The translations under genes and the position numbers were made by a program. A stretch of DNA of 62,316 nt, filler included, from Dirinaria sp. TL-2023a (Eukaryota), in NCBI GenBank assembly GCA_051941275.1. It is 2 parts of 2 records of this genome, joined end to end, with 100 filler letters (N's around TTAATTAATTAA, not from the genome) between each part and the next. Parts side by side here need not be neighbours in the genome. Positions count along the whole stretch, not along the records: positions 31,261 to 62,316 come from JAVEBF010000096.1; 1 more part is not named here. One strand, written 5' to 3'. Below are positions 38,599-50,808 of the stretch, piece after piece. Positions within the stretch are counted from its first letter, which is position 1, and each line of letters starts with the position of its first letter. Below the pieces are notes generated by a model. It had not been told where the DNA came from. It saw only the letters and a list, made by a program, of their open reading frames with translations, and did no database searches.

Positions 38599-39912
38599 AT
38601 GGCAAAGAAGGGCAAACTGCTGCCTGCACTTGATGCACACAAGGGAAGGGACTACCGGCTGGAAAAGCAAAAGAAGCAACAGAAGCAGGCCGAAAAGCGA
38701 AAATCCTCGCAACACAAAGGGCAGCGCTCCCATCTTTCAGAAACGAAAGCTGCTGAGCTCAATGGCTTGGTGGAGGCGCACTCTACTGAAAAGCATTGGA
38801 GGCAAAGCAGCGAAAGTGAGAGTTCAGCAAAAGTGGTGGATGTAATACTATCGCATTCCTGCTTTTCCCTAAGGTCCTAAGCTGACATAGTCGTCAAAGA
38901 TCGATAGTTCACGAGGAGACGATAGTGAGGGTGACAGCGATGCGGAGCATGATGCTATTGGTGGGTTGTCAAGCGCTCCGACGACCGCAAACGGCAAGAG
39001 CCCTACCTCGAGCCATGTTCCGGCTTCAGAGAGTGAAAATGATGAAGATATACCCCTTTCCGACGTTGACTCTCTACCCTCACAAGACAAAGCCGACATT
39101 GTGCCCCATCAGCGCCTGACAATCAACAACACCACCGCTCTCCTTCGCGCCCACAAGTCCATCTCCGCCGCTTCCACCTCTTCCTTCTCCGAGTACCAGA
39201 CCGTCACTTCATCCATGGCCACGTCAATACCTGACGTGAATGACGACCTCACCCGCGAATTAGCATTCTACAAGCAATGTCTAGACAGTGCCAATGAAGC
39301 CCGAGCCATACTCAAGAAAGAAGGCATGCCATTCTCCCGCCCAAACGATTATTTTGCCGAGATGGTCAAGAGTGACGAGCATATGGGCAAGATCAAGCAG
39401 AAGATGACAGATGAGGCGGCGAACAAGAAAGCGGCGGTCGAAGCACGACGACAGAGGGATTTGAAGAAATTTGGAAAACAAGTGCAGGTTGCTAAGTTGC
39501 AGGAGAGGGACAAAGCCAAGCGAGAGATGCTGGGGAAGATCGAATTGTTAAAAAAGAGTGGGATTTGCTCCTGTCCTTTCTGGGCTATTGATTGGGCTGC
39601 GAGCGCTAATAGGATGTCATAGAACGCAAGAATGCTGATACTGGCGCTACGAATGAGGAAGGCCTCTTCGACGTTGCTCTTGAAGACGCCAGTAAAGAAG
39701 ACAGAACTCCAAAGTTTGTGGGCCGGAGGAATCAAGGACCACCTACCAAGCGACAGAAACGGGATGAGAAATATGGTTTTGGGGGCAAGAAGCGGTTTGC
39801 GAAGAGCGGAGACGCGTTATCGAGTGGCGATCTAAGAGGCTTCTCAACAAAGAAGATGAAAGCGCAGAAGAAGCCTCAAAGGTTGGGAAAGAGCAGAAGA
39901 AGTAGGGTATGA
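38599..39912 (+). CDS. EBP2: rRNA-processing protein Ebp2; 3 exons
   Basis: PHQRLTINNTTAL, DVNDDLTRELAFYKQ, PFSRPNDYFAEMVKSDEHM, RDLKKFGKQVQ, KRDEKYGFGGKKRFAKSGD. Confidence 0.94.
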
Positions 39913-40089
39913 TTAGCTAATTTCTGCCTAATGAGCAAACTTCAATGCTCGGTTGTGCTGCAGTCAATGCGACTCGGCCTGAGAAATGCTGACTGTCTGC
40001 CATCCTGGGCATCGTCCATCGGATTTGCAAGTGATGATGCAGAAGGGAAATTAATGCCATGCCAGCTCACCGACAGTCCATAGGCCAGT

Positions 40090-41816
40090 TTAGTACCCAG
40101 AGCGCTTGATGCGCTGTGGGAACTTCTTGAGGGGTGCATCGGTATAGCTGGTCGTCGATACCTGCTGAGCAGTATTGACTGAGCTGTCTGTAACTGGATT
40201 AAACTGTTGAAGGCGGCGGACGAGGTTGCTGTGCTGGGTCAGCTAAGATTTTCTACCTTGGTCCCTTGAGCGACTTACTTGACGGGCAAGTACGGTCGAG
40301 ACTCCTCGAGAGCCAAATCAATCTTCGCCTGAATCGATTCTACGTGGTTCTTGAGATGGTCGTTGATTCTCGCTTGCCCATCAGCTGTTGATCCAGCGTG
40401 CACACGGTGACGACAGGATTCGAAGGAACAAGTCCACAAATCCCCAGGTCCCTGGGGTTCGGCCGATGGAATTTTGTATTGAACTAATTTAGTTTCGGTG
40501 TATACGCGAGGAAGGTATTCATGGTGCGAAGCATAGTCATCGAGTGCTGACGAATGCTTTTTGGGTGGAGGTTTACTCGTGGTGGCATTGCGTGGCGCTA
40601 CCGACGCAAGAGGAGAGATCTCCTCCATGACCTGATCCTCGTCAAAGTCATCCGTCGCATTGGTATTGGTAGGGCGAAGGCTCTGGCGGCGGCCGGTAGC
40701 TTTCTTGGAATATTTACTACCCTTGGGCTGAAGTATTGATTTGCGCTTACGTGAAGTACCTTGGGGACTCGCAAAGTCAACAACTTCATCGTCAGATGTA
40801 CTCGGGATGTCGGCGGTCTCTGCGGTGCCTTTGATAGGCGTGCGAGGCTGCCTCCGCAGATGTAAATGCTTCTTTTGCTTGCCGTTGTTGGACGCGCTCC
40901 GGGCCTTGCGAGATTTCGGTCCCTCTTCATAATCTGCATTTGGATCTGGCTGGCCACGGTTGCGTGCCATTCTCGACTCGACCTCTACAACAGTGTCCTA
41001 CGCGGAAAGTCAGACGAGCAAAGAACGCTGTTGCTGATGCATCGTACCGGGAATTTCAGCTTGAAGTAGTTGAAAATAGGCGCTTTTTGCCAGTCAAGCC
41101 CTTCCTGGGCTTCCAGCATACACGTAATTATGAATTGCCTATGATCGTGGAACCCTTCACGTACATCATCCGCGTCAACTCGCTTTCCGCAGTTGCTATG
41201 GAGCAGATACTACCCCCTCTCGGTTAGCCTCCAACCTCGCACCGTACCTGCGATCATACAGACATCTTTGAATATTGAGTTGGCGTATCTTTCGAGCGCC
41301 TTATTCGACAGGCGCATGTGAGTTTTGTGTGATCTCCGTAGCTTATCTGCTAACATGTAAAACATCGAGGCAGCTTCGTTCATCCCTGCAAAGGCGTCCT
41401 TGTAGGCGGGTGCTGGGTCTTTGAGCTCGAACCAACCTGCCTTACCGGCTGCCCAGAAGCCATAGGTACCATCGTTGTACTCGGCGAACGCGTAAGTTGT
41501 AATGTCGTCAAGCTCAACTGTCTTCGACCGATATTTGTCGTCCTTTACTACGCGTAGCTTTCAATCAGTTTTTGATTCCTCTTGGATCGCAGTCCATACC
41601 ATTTGCACTATGCTCATCCTCTACCGCCTCTAGGGTTCCCGACACCTTCACTGGATGGCCATCGTGAGCGGCAAGTAGGCTCACCGGCTCACCAGTCGCT
41701 TTTGACAAGACCTTGACCTTTCTGAGCACGTACGAAGGCCAATCATCCGAGTCCGTGATTCTCGGATCCTTTGGCCACAGCAGCTTCGTCTCCGGTACAA
41801 TCATTTCCGTCAGCAT
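40090..41816 (-). CDS. RFTS (DNMT1 replication-foci-targeting)-like domain protein with C-terminal C2H2-type finger; Raf2-like; 5 exons, start uncertain (41804/41816)
   Basis: Spliced product: DDWPSYVLRKVKV...VSLLAA...VKVSGTL...ITTYAFAEYNDGTYGFWAAGKAGWFELKDPAPAYKDAF...; a basic disordered middle; C-x4-C-x18-H-x3-H near 40340-40440; final exon ends KRSGY*. Confidence 0.72.
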
Positions 41817-42186
41817 TGGCAGCCCTTGGAAAATTTGGGAATGATTGATTGTAGCATATGTTCAAGGACTAGACAATTCAAGTCGTGTTTCAGGTCAACA
41901 TGGGGGCAGTTACGCTTGCTTCGCGCTAAGATATCTACCCGCTCTACGTCTATTGAGGAACAAGCCCTATTTCACCCCTGCCTGGCGTACTTGCATATGG
42001 AGATCTTCTGAAAGCGACATTATTGCTAATTGTGATACCAAGTAGTCATCCTCTTAAATATCACAGTGCTACAACCGCGCCTAATCGCTGTTCCGAGGCG
42101 CGACCGGGACCATACTCGCACCAAATTTTGCTCATGGATTGCTAATGAGGGCGATTGAAGCGGCCAAAGCCGTGATATGCAATTCT

Positions 42187-43448
42187 ATGGCATCCGAAGG
42201 AGTCTTTGGTAGGTTGACAGCTGCTCCACATCTTCTACTCATCGTTCACATCACAAAGCTGACCATGAAGCAGCAATCAACAAGCCAAAATCCGTCAGCT
42301 CAGCCCAAGCCCTTCGAGACCTCCAAAAGGTCTTTAACCGGTCCACTTTCTTTGCTCCGTGGCTCAGCACCGAGAGAACGAGGCTTGCGCAGGAAGCAAG
42401 CAGGTCTAGGGGGAGGATATGGAAGCGGAAGAAGAAGAATATTGAGGTCAAGCTTGGTCATGGCGGCACATTGGATCCAATGGCCACTGGAGTGCTCATT
42501 GTTGGCGTGGGTAAAGGGACGAAGAGCCTACCGGAATTCCTAGGTTGTACAAAAAGCTACGAGGCTACAGTTCTGTTCGGTACAGCCACTGATACGTACG
42601 ATACGCTTGGGAAGCTGCTGGGTAAGGCACCTTATGCACACCTGACACGAGAGAAGGTGGAAAATGTATTGGAGAGGTTTCGAGGCAAGACGGTGCAGCG
42701 GCCACCTTTGTACTCTGCGCTCCATGTCCAGGGTAAACGGCTGTACGAGTATGCCAGGGAAGGTAAAGACGTACCCGTGGAGATCGAAGAGCGACCTGTG
42801 GAAGTTAAAGAGCTCGAGATACTCGAGTGGTTAGAAGGCGGGAGCCATGAATACACATGGCCGACAGAGGAAGCCGAGAGAGAGCACAAGTTCGTGGCAG
42901 AGAAGATTTTTCACCTTCAGCAGACGGCACAGTTGCCGGAAGTGACAAGCGACGTAAATGCCACAAAGCGAAAGCGGTCCGCAAATGCAGAGGATGACCA
43001 CCTCTTGATTCAGACCGCGCCAGCACTCAAAAAGCAGGAAAACTATCATCGCGAGACTGTGTCAGGGGCATCACAACCACAAGATCAGAGAGAGCCGGCG
43101 CAGAAAACAATAAACAATGCCAGCGGACAGCAATCCGATGGTGTATCACATTATGAAACATTGTCCAAAGACGCTCCACCAGCTGTCCGATTGCGTATGA
43201 CCGTCAGCTCCGGTTTCTATGTCCGCTCGCTGGCTCACGACTTGGGTAAAGCTGTTGGTTCGCTTGGATGCATGAGCAAATTGGTTCGAACACGCCAGGA
43301 ACGATTCGAACTGGGCCGGAACGTGCTTGAATTTGAGACGATAGAAAAGGGCGAAGAGGTTTGGGCGCCGAAGCTCAAAGCAACGCTTGAGGAGTGGCAT
43401 GGCCGAGAAGGAGATCGGGACGCAGTCTCTGACGATGTGTCACTATAG
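42187..43448 (+). CDS. PUS4: tRNA pseudouridine(55) synthase (TruB family)
   Basis: MASEGVF|AINKPKSVSSAQ, KLGHGGTLDPMATGVL, TDTYDTLG, PPLYSAL...GKRLYEYAREG, VSSGFYVRSLAHDLG, LVRTRQ. Confidence 0.93.
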
Positions 43449-43860
43449 CCCCTCAGGGATGGAGTTCAGTTCGAAAAATGACATTGTGAAAGCCTGCGCC
43501 CTTTCAGATCGCTCCCTAAATTCCAAGTAGCGCAGGTACGAGTCTTGGCTATCCGAATTGTGCAGCTGTTGCTTGCGCCCTGAATGGCTCAGAGCTCTTT
43601 CGGACCCAGATGGGGTGCTGTCGGGTTTGCCTGTTGACCATACTAGTTCTCGCGTTGTTGGCGCGTTCAAAAACCGTTCCAGTGTCATTTTCAAGGAACA
43701 AGGTTCACGAAAACAGAAGGGCATGTCCAAACCACCGTGAAGATGCCGGGTTTCGGAATAGGATATCTAAGTAGTACGATAAGGATCCCTTTCACCGCCG
43801 CCTTCGTCATTCATAATAGGGTATTGGCAGGCTATTTAAATTCCAGTAGAACAGAGAATT

Positions 43861-45409
43861 TCAATTAGCAGCCCCTTCTTGATGGTGGCCAATGGCCGAG
43901 CTATTCAGACCTTGCTTCGTTCTTGAGTGGTCCGCTCCCGCTTTACTCTCATAGTTGATAAACAAGAAGGACATCAAGACAATGACAGCTCCGATGCAGT
44001 ACGCCACGCTCGATGTTTGAGAATTGATAATCATCTCTCCTACCAGCGAGAGCGGTATAGTCAAGCTTAAACCAACGGTAACAAGCAATGGCGATGTCAA
44101 CAGCATTGCATAGGCCCAGGCAATATCGGATAGAAGCGAAATAGCAGCATTGATCTGGCGTTTCCCGTCAGTATATGTAACCACATATCTTCAAAACATT
44201 GTCGTACAAGTATGATGGTGACGATGCGTCTGCTCGGGGGTAATTGGAATTTCTCCATGCCAATGAGGTGGAGTAGTGGAAACCCAGGTAATAGGATGAT
44301 CACTCCAAACAGGCCTACAAATCCAAAAAAGAGCAGCATATTCACTCGAGCTTCATCTCCTATCTTTCTCTTGATCGTTGTTGCATATATTCCGTAAAGT
44401 ACTGCGCTAGTCAAAGCGAGAGCGTCACCCAAAGCGATCTGTTGCGGAGACTTATGGGGGAAAGATCCCCTATGCTCGTCATGTTTTCCTGATATATCGA
44501 CGCTAGATGTTAGCAGTATGCCGGCGAAGGACATCAGTACGCCCAGTAATTTCCGGAACGTGAATCGTTCAACGCCATAGAATGCACCGAAGATTAGTGT
44601 CCAAATACCTGCCCTAGTGTCAGCATCGTCGTGCAGAAATGCACGAAGTAAGTGAGTACTGCTCGTCGATGTCAATATGGTTGAGCTGGCGACCGTTGTG
44701 AATTCAAGACATGCTGCAACAAAATAGTTGGCCTGATGCAAGGTCAGTATCATGGAGTAGAATGGCATGTCCTTTATGCAGATACCGCAAACTATACAAA
44801 TCAGCCTCCAATTCTTGTTCAGATCGGGAGATTTCTTACCCAAAGCACAGAAAATTCGAAGCCCAATTTAGCTGTTTGACGGAGATTCAGTTTCTGTTCG
44901 GAAACAATGGCAGATGACTTTCGTAGTCGTTCAGAACTACTTGATAGCCCATCAGGAGCGCTCTGTCTGCCTGAGCCACGGTGACTGGCTGCTGCTGCTG
45001 CTGTTGATTCTGCTTCATCTCCAGGCTTGAAGAGCGCTTGGCCATCCTCCACAGCTTCTGCGAGCGGAGAATATCCCACTGCAGAAGGTCGTTTGGTACG
45101 TCTCCAAGTAGGCCACGTATTACCGCCTAGTCGCCTGAGAAGATCGACTGGTAGCAGCAAAGCGAAGAAGAATGAATTGACATAAGTGATCAAGTAAGGT
45201 TTGGAGTAAGTATCATCTGCAAGAATCGTCTGGGAAGAAAGGGAATTAGGAGTTACAACGGCCGCCTATCTTGTAATGGGGAAGCTTACGCTGGCGAGAA
45301 AGCTCGAGGCAGTCCAGAGTAAAACCGTCACGAGAAGGAGACTGATGCCCAGAGTATGTCGTGCCAAACCCCTTGTCGATGGCATCTTGAAAAACGAAGA
45401 TCTGGCCAT
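43861..45409 (-). CDS. DMT/EamA-type transporter (SLC35F5; yeast THI74/YML018C-like), multi-exon
   Basis: RHTLGISLLLVTVLLWTASSFL, YSKPYLITYVN, TTVASSTILTSTS, LGDALAL..AVLYGIY, LFFGFVG, LLTSPLLVTVGLSLTIPLSL. Confidence 0.87.
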
Positions 45410-46200
45410 AGCCGTTGTGGCGTATGGAGGATGATCTGGTATGTCTTCAGCAGATCAGATGCGACGTGCTATTCATTCATCTAAAGACATCAGTACCGCT
45501 CCCTTCTGACTTAGCTTTCACTTCTTCGGCTTAAGAAGCATTCACGACCCTTCAGCTCGGGGTTGCGTAATAAGCGAGTTGATCTGCCACTGAGCAATCT
45601 TTCGGTTGCGAAGGGTGTACGGAGACTGACGCTATGTCCTGGTTAGCGTCATGTGCTCGTACGCCAGGACAACTCGTCCAGGTGACTACAGGTAGACTTT
45701 GCAGAGCCCGGGTAGCAAATTGGAGCGTTCAGGTGATTGGATTAGGTGACCCCACGGGCGTGTTTCAGCTGACACCACTCGTGGCATTTATTGACCGCAC
45801 TAGCCACTAGCCAGGACTTAAGGCGTCGGCCTCTGTATGCGGCTTGACCACCATAGCCGAGGCATACATTGACTCTTTTCAGTTCATTAACTTCATTTGC
45901 GATATTCACCAATTATTCTGCGGGCTCGCAAATGGAACGCTATACTGCCATTGCGTGAAGCTGTTCCAGGTTTCAATCTTCTACGGGCCAAGGACATGCC
46001 ACTATGTACAGTCTTCTATCCACACTCTCAATACTATCGGAGAGCGCCCGCAAATACTCCTGTCCCTCGTTCTGTACTCCGGCCAGTTCCATGCCAAAGC
46101 AGTAAAAGCATGTCTGCCTAACTGCCGAACAGCTATCTACCTCTGAATCGCTAATGATGTATGCAGCCAACGACAAAGTCAAACTATGGCCAGAACAACA

Positions 46201-47115
46201 TCAACATGCGCATCCATCGCTCTCCCTCTCCAGGTGAACGTCTATGGGATCTGCAAAATCGCCACTGAACTCTTCGGATTCCTCTTGGGCTAACGCGTTG
46301 CGTGCAATGACTATGAGCCGTCAGCTATTCCAAACGCAATGCATTGCCACCGATCTGAATGTGTTCAATGAGTTACCTTCAAAAGCTTGTTCCACATTCA
46401 AGGCTTCTTTAGCGCTTGTTTCAAAGTACGGAATCCCGCCTTTCGATTGGCAAAACGTCATGGCCCTCTTTGATGATATCATTCTTTTATTCTCTTCAAC
46501 GTCAATCTTGTTCCCAAGTACGACCTATATCGCGGCGTCAGGCACGATTTCGGCAGCACAAAGGGCTGACCACGTACGAATGGAAAGTTTTCGGGATCTC
46601 GAGGGCTGGCTTGTATCAGAAATTCGTCCCTCCAGCTGTCCAAAGTATCGAAGCTTTTGGAATTGTTCACGTCGTAGACCAGTACACAGCAGTCTGCCCC
46701 CCGATAGAACGCTACGCCTAGAGACTGAAACCGCTCCTGCCCTGCGGTATCCCATAACTTATACCAATGTCAGCTCGCGAAATATCTGCATGCACCTGAA
46801 GCATTGCCTACCTGCATGGTCACCAGACGGTCATCCACCAAGACCTCTTTCGTTAGAAAATCCGCGCCTATCGTAGCCTTGTAGCTTGCACTAAATTTCT
46901 TGTTGACCTAAGTGGTTTGGTCAGATTCGGCAGCTTTCTTCTCGGTCGGACAACGAGAAATCTACATATTGATTCATAAGACTCGTCTTTCCAACGCCAC
47001 TGTCGCCGAGGATGATAACCTTGGTGCGAATCTCAGCTATGTTTTCGTAATACAGTGTGAGGTTGAAGAGGCGAAACCCGCTTACCTTGAGCAGCACCTT
47101 CTTCCTTGATGCCAT
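46201..47115 (-). CDS. YPT7: Rab7 small GTPase, multi-exon
   Basis: [61 protein letters not shown] and C-terminal prenylation motif GCAC*. Confidence 0.96.
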
Positions 47116-47440
47116 TTTCCAATGGATTCGGCTCTGAGAGCAGGAGACGCCAAAGGGCCGCTGTGAATGGGTCTGCAGCACCAAATTGGAATAGATGTAG
47201 TGCTCGACCAGCGTTGTAGTCTGAAAGAGTGTCAGAAACGCTTAAGAAAAGTTACCGATTAAAAGACCTCGAGAACTCTAAGTGCCTCTGTATTTTTACT
47301 GCATGCGATTCCAAGGAGATGCTCGTAAGGGTTGATAGCTGCCACTTTGGATTGAAAGCATCGAAGTCATTATTGAGGAGCTCCTCTAGTATAAGCTACG
47401 TCACCTGATCGCAAATTACCTTGCTTTAACGTAGACTGGC

Positions 47441-47450
47441 GCCACGTGGC
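47441..47450. promoter_or_regulatory. Palindromic E-box GCCACGTGGC in the YPT7/ATG16 divergent promoter
   Basis: Perfect 10-bp palindrome with a CACGTG core; a related TCACCTGA lies at 47401-47408. Function inferred. Confidence 0.35.
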
Positions 47451-47677
47451 TTTACATCGGATGTGGCTTAAGCAACATCGAGGGGTTGCTACTGCCAAGT
47501 AAGGTACCTAAGGTACCCAATGAGTGGACCTGAGGTAAGGTAGTATTCGAAAAGGGTATACAGTCCAAATATGCATTCAGAAATAGTCAACTCATGATTC
47601 TCCATTAAGCGGCATTATACTACTGCGCGGGATTTCTACTATTACGGGTTTCTGGAAATTAACTGTCGCTTCTAGTC

Positions 47678-48401
47678 ATGGCGTCCTGGCACGAGCAGTA
47701 TTTATCTGCACTTCATGACCGAGATAGGAACGAAAAGTCCAATAAATCCATGTACGATGCGTGTTCGTCAAAGACTCTACCAAGCCTGCTTTGCGTACAG
47801 TACGTCATTAATTGCTGTCAGATACCAAACTCGCCGACCGAACTGCTCATCTTGATGCATTGACTGCAGACAACAATTTAGCGATCTCGCCCTTGACCGT
47901 AGGTCAAGTAGCGAAAAGGAGCAACTTAAACGCTTCCCAATCGAGCACGACGACTGGAGATGCTTTAACCAGAGCTCGACAGGATTTGAGCGAAGCTCAG
48001 CGAAGCAAAGGTGTGATGCAATCACGACTCGAAATTGCAATTGAGGAATTGCAAAAACGCAAGCTACAATCGCAGCTCGATAGCAAACGCATTGGAGAGC
48101 TTACGGCCGAGAGGACGTCATTGACTATTCGGATGAAAGATCAAGACCAGGAGCTCAAAGGCAAGGGCAAGCTTCTTGAAGTACGCCTTACGTACTTAGT
48201 AGAGTAACAAATCGCATTAGAAGAAGCTGATTTGGTCGATAGGATGTCCATGACGAGAATCTGTCACTAACTCTGCAGCTCAACGTGGCTGAGGAGCAAT
48301 CTCAGAAATTGAAGAAAGACAATAAGGAACTGGTGGATCGCTGGATGACTCGCATGGGCGAAGAGGCAGAAGCATTGAACAAAGCCTCGAGATTTTCTTA
48401 A
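47678..48401 (+). CDS. ATG16: Autophagy protein Atg16 (short coiled-coil fungal form); 3 exons
   Basis: [57 protein letters not shown]...[15 protein letters not shown]. Confidence 0.9.
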
Positions 48402-48610
48402 CCACAACCACTATCTTGCTATGCCATACTCAAACCGCTTCTCAGCAGACCAACTAAACTGTGATGCTCTTGGGTATCTTAGGTCTACCGTCATTGCAAC
48501 TACCTGGGGAGACTGCTTACACATCGCTCCGAATCCGAAGCCTGGGCTTTATCTGATTTCGGTGTTCGAGAATCACAGACAACATAGAAACTGTATCAGT
48601 GCCCCAAGCG

Positions 48611-50189
48611 CTAACCAGTCGCTGGCTCCTCAGGTGTCTGCTTCTTAGCAAAGGCCTCGACTCTGGAACTGTCCTTCACCGAGATATAATATGTTCCCGG
48701 TGTGTTTGTCCAACTGACACAACACGAATAATACCTTTTCTCACGCACATCGAGTACGTTGCAAGCTCGGTATAGGTTTCTCGATGTAATTCTGTGTCCA
48801 CTAGGGACGAATGATTTCAGCGACACAATCCGACAGCCTTCTTTTGCGTCCAGGAACAGGTTGGTCAGAGCTTCGTTAAGTTCGGGAGTGAAGGCCTGAT
48901 TGTTGACGAGTATCACATCTGCTCGTCTCAGAACCTTGCCGATTGCTCGGTTCTCTAGAAAGTCACCTCGTTCCAGATGAATACTTCCAAGTGCGAGACC
49001 CCATAAATGGCAGCGTTCTGTGAACTCTTTGTGCTGTAGAGCGGCGAGATCACATGCATTATCCATCATTTCGCATCCCCAGCTCTCGCATCCAATCTGC
49101 AATGCTGCCTGCAAAACGACATTACCAACCCCCGAGCCTAGATCGACAAATACCTGATTAGATGTCATTCTGGCGTCCCTTTTTAATATGTCTGAGACAA
49201 ATTGCGGCAGCAATTCGCCGTAGATATTGTCAGTCCCATTCTCGTATTGTCGTAATGAATTGATGCGCGGCGAGACAGTCCTCGCATAGGTCTGTGTTAG
49301 AATTCGTTCTACCAACATCGGATCGACACAGTCCCAACTATCCATGATTCTAGCAATCGCGTTCTCTGTTCGGAGTCTTATTATGGTGTCGTTCCATTCT
49401 TGCACGAGAGTTGTGCAGTCTCTACCAGCTCCTCTGGTGATTGCCCGCCTGAGCCTGCGGAGGAATCCGTCCTTTTCATCCTCAAGCATTGCTCGTTCAT
49501 TTGGAGGCAGGTAGAGTTTGACCACTGTAGCGGTGACCTCCATGATCTCCTCTAAGGGATTAAGATCATCACGGTGAACAGGCGCCACGAGCGCGTACCT
49601 GGTTTTAACTATCAACATAGGGCCAGCACTGAGACGGTGAGGTAGGAGCAGTTGATTACCTCTCCGGTCGCGCAGCTGATGGGTACTGCAACGGCACGGC
49701 TGTCAATTCAGGATCTTGAGGAAAAGCCGCCTTGTACTTTGAAGACCTGTCCAATGAAGCAATTTGCGCAGCCTGGATTACGGCAGAGTCCTCAGTACTG
49801 TTTTGCGAAAAGGCCTTCATGCTCCGTATTTGACGCTCGCTATCCACAACAGGTGCTTCGCCCAATTTAACACGTTTCCTGGGCAAGTCCTGACGCCGCT
49901 CATCTACTTCATCGTCTTCAGTGTCAGATTCAAGTCGCGTCTGAGCTGGGGAGGATCGTCTCGTTGGATTCTGCAAGCGAGCTCTCGCTGGCGGTACTTT
50001 GGTAATGCCATTGCGTTTTGCGATTGGCTTTAGGAGCGGATTTTGGCTACTGCTAGAAGACAGTATCACCGGAAGAGATCTGCTAGAAGATGTTGCTGAC
50101 GGAGCAGCAACAGGTTGCTTCCTGATTTTCAATGGTTGTGCTTGAATCGGTCTGGCGCCCTTTTTCTGAACAAGATCGAAAGGTCCCAT
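48611..50189 (-). CDS. DOT1: Histone H3K79 methyltransferase; 2 exons
   Basis: [71 protein letters not shown]. Confidence 0.94.
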
Positions 50190-50808
50190 GACAACACCAC
50201 ATACACGAATTTCAGATACCAAAAGGCATTCCGTGATGAGTGCTGGCAAACTCTTGTTTAGCGAGTGCGGTACAGAAGGAAGATGATGGCCTGATAGACG
50301 ACAGGTTAATCCTGTCCTATCTCAGGTACCTTCTTTGAACGAAAGTTTACAATGGATAGATACGTAGAAGTACATTGTATAACAAGAGTTTCCTCAATGC
50401 ACTAAGTAACGTACCTTAGCATTATTTCGGTAACACTAGTGAAGTGATACCTTAAGGTACTTACTCGTACAGTGCACCTATTCCTAAGGTAGATTCCACA
50501 TTAATTGCAGTTCGACAACTAAGGTACCTCAAGTTCCTTGAGTTTAGCTAAGGTAAGATTACATGAAACAGCATTTTTACCTTTACGCCCAAGAACCTGT
50601 CCTACTGGTATCAAGCCCACAGGGTTCTGCCCTCTTCCACTTCTCTCGCTATCTATGATACATGCTCACTCTGTGTAGAGTTTTATCTTTTGCCTTGCTC
50701 TATTCTGAGACCCATCCAGCCCAACTATACATTTACCACCCTCAAATTGGACTGCGAAATCTCGCAAGCCATCATATCGTAAGCTCAAATTGAAATTCTA
50801 TAATAAGC

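Noticed and set aside
46244..46876. 210-aa plus-strand ORF
   Set aside because: Antisense shadow of the YPT7 exons and introns.
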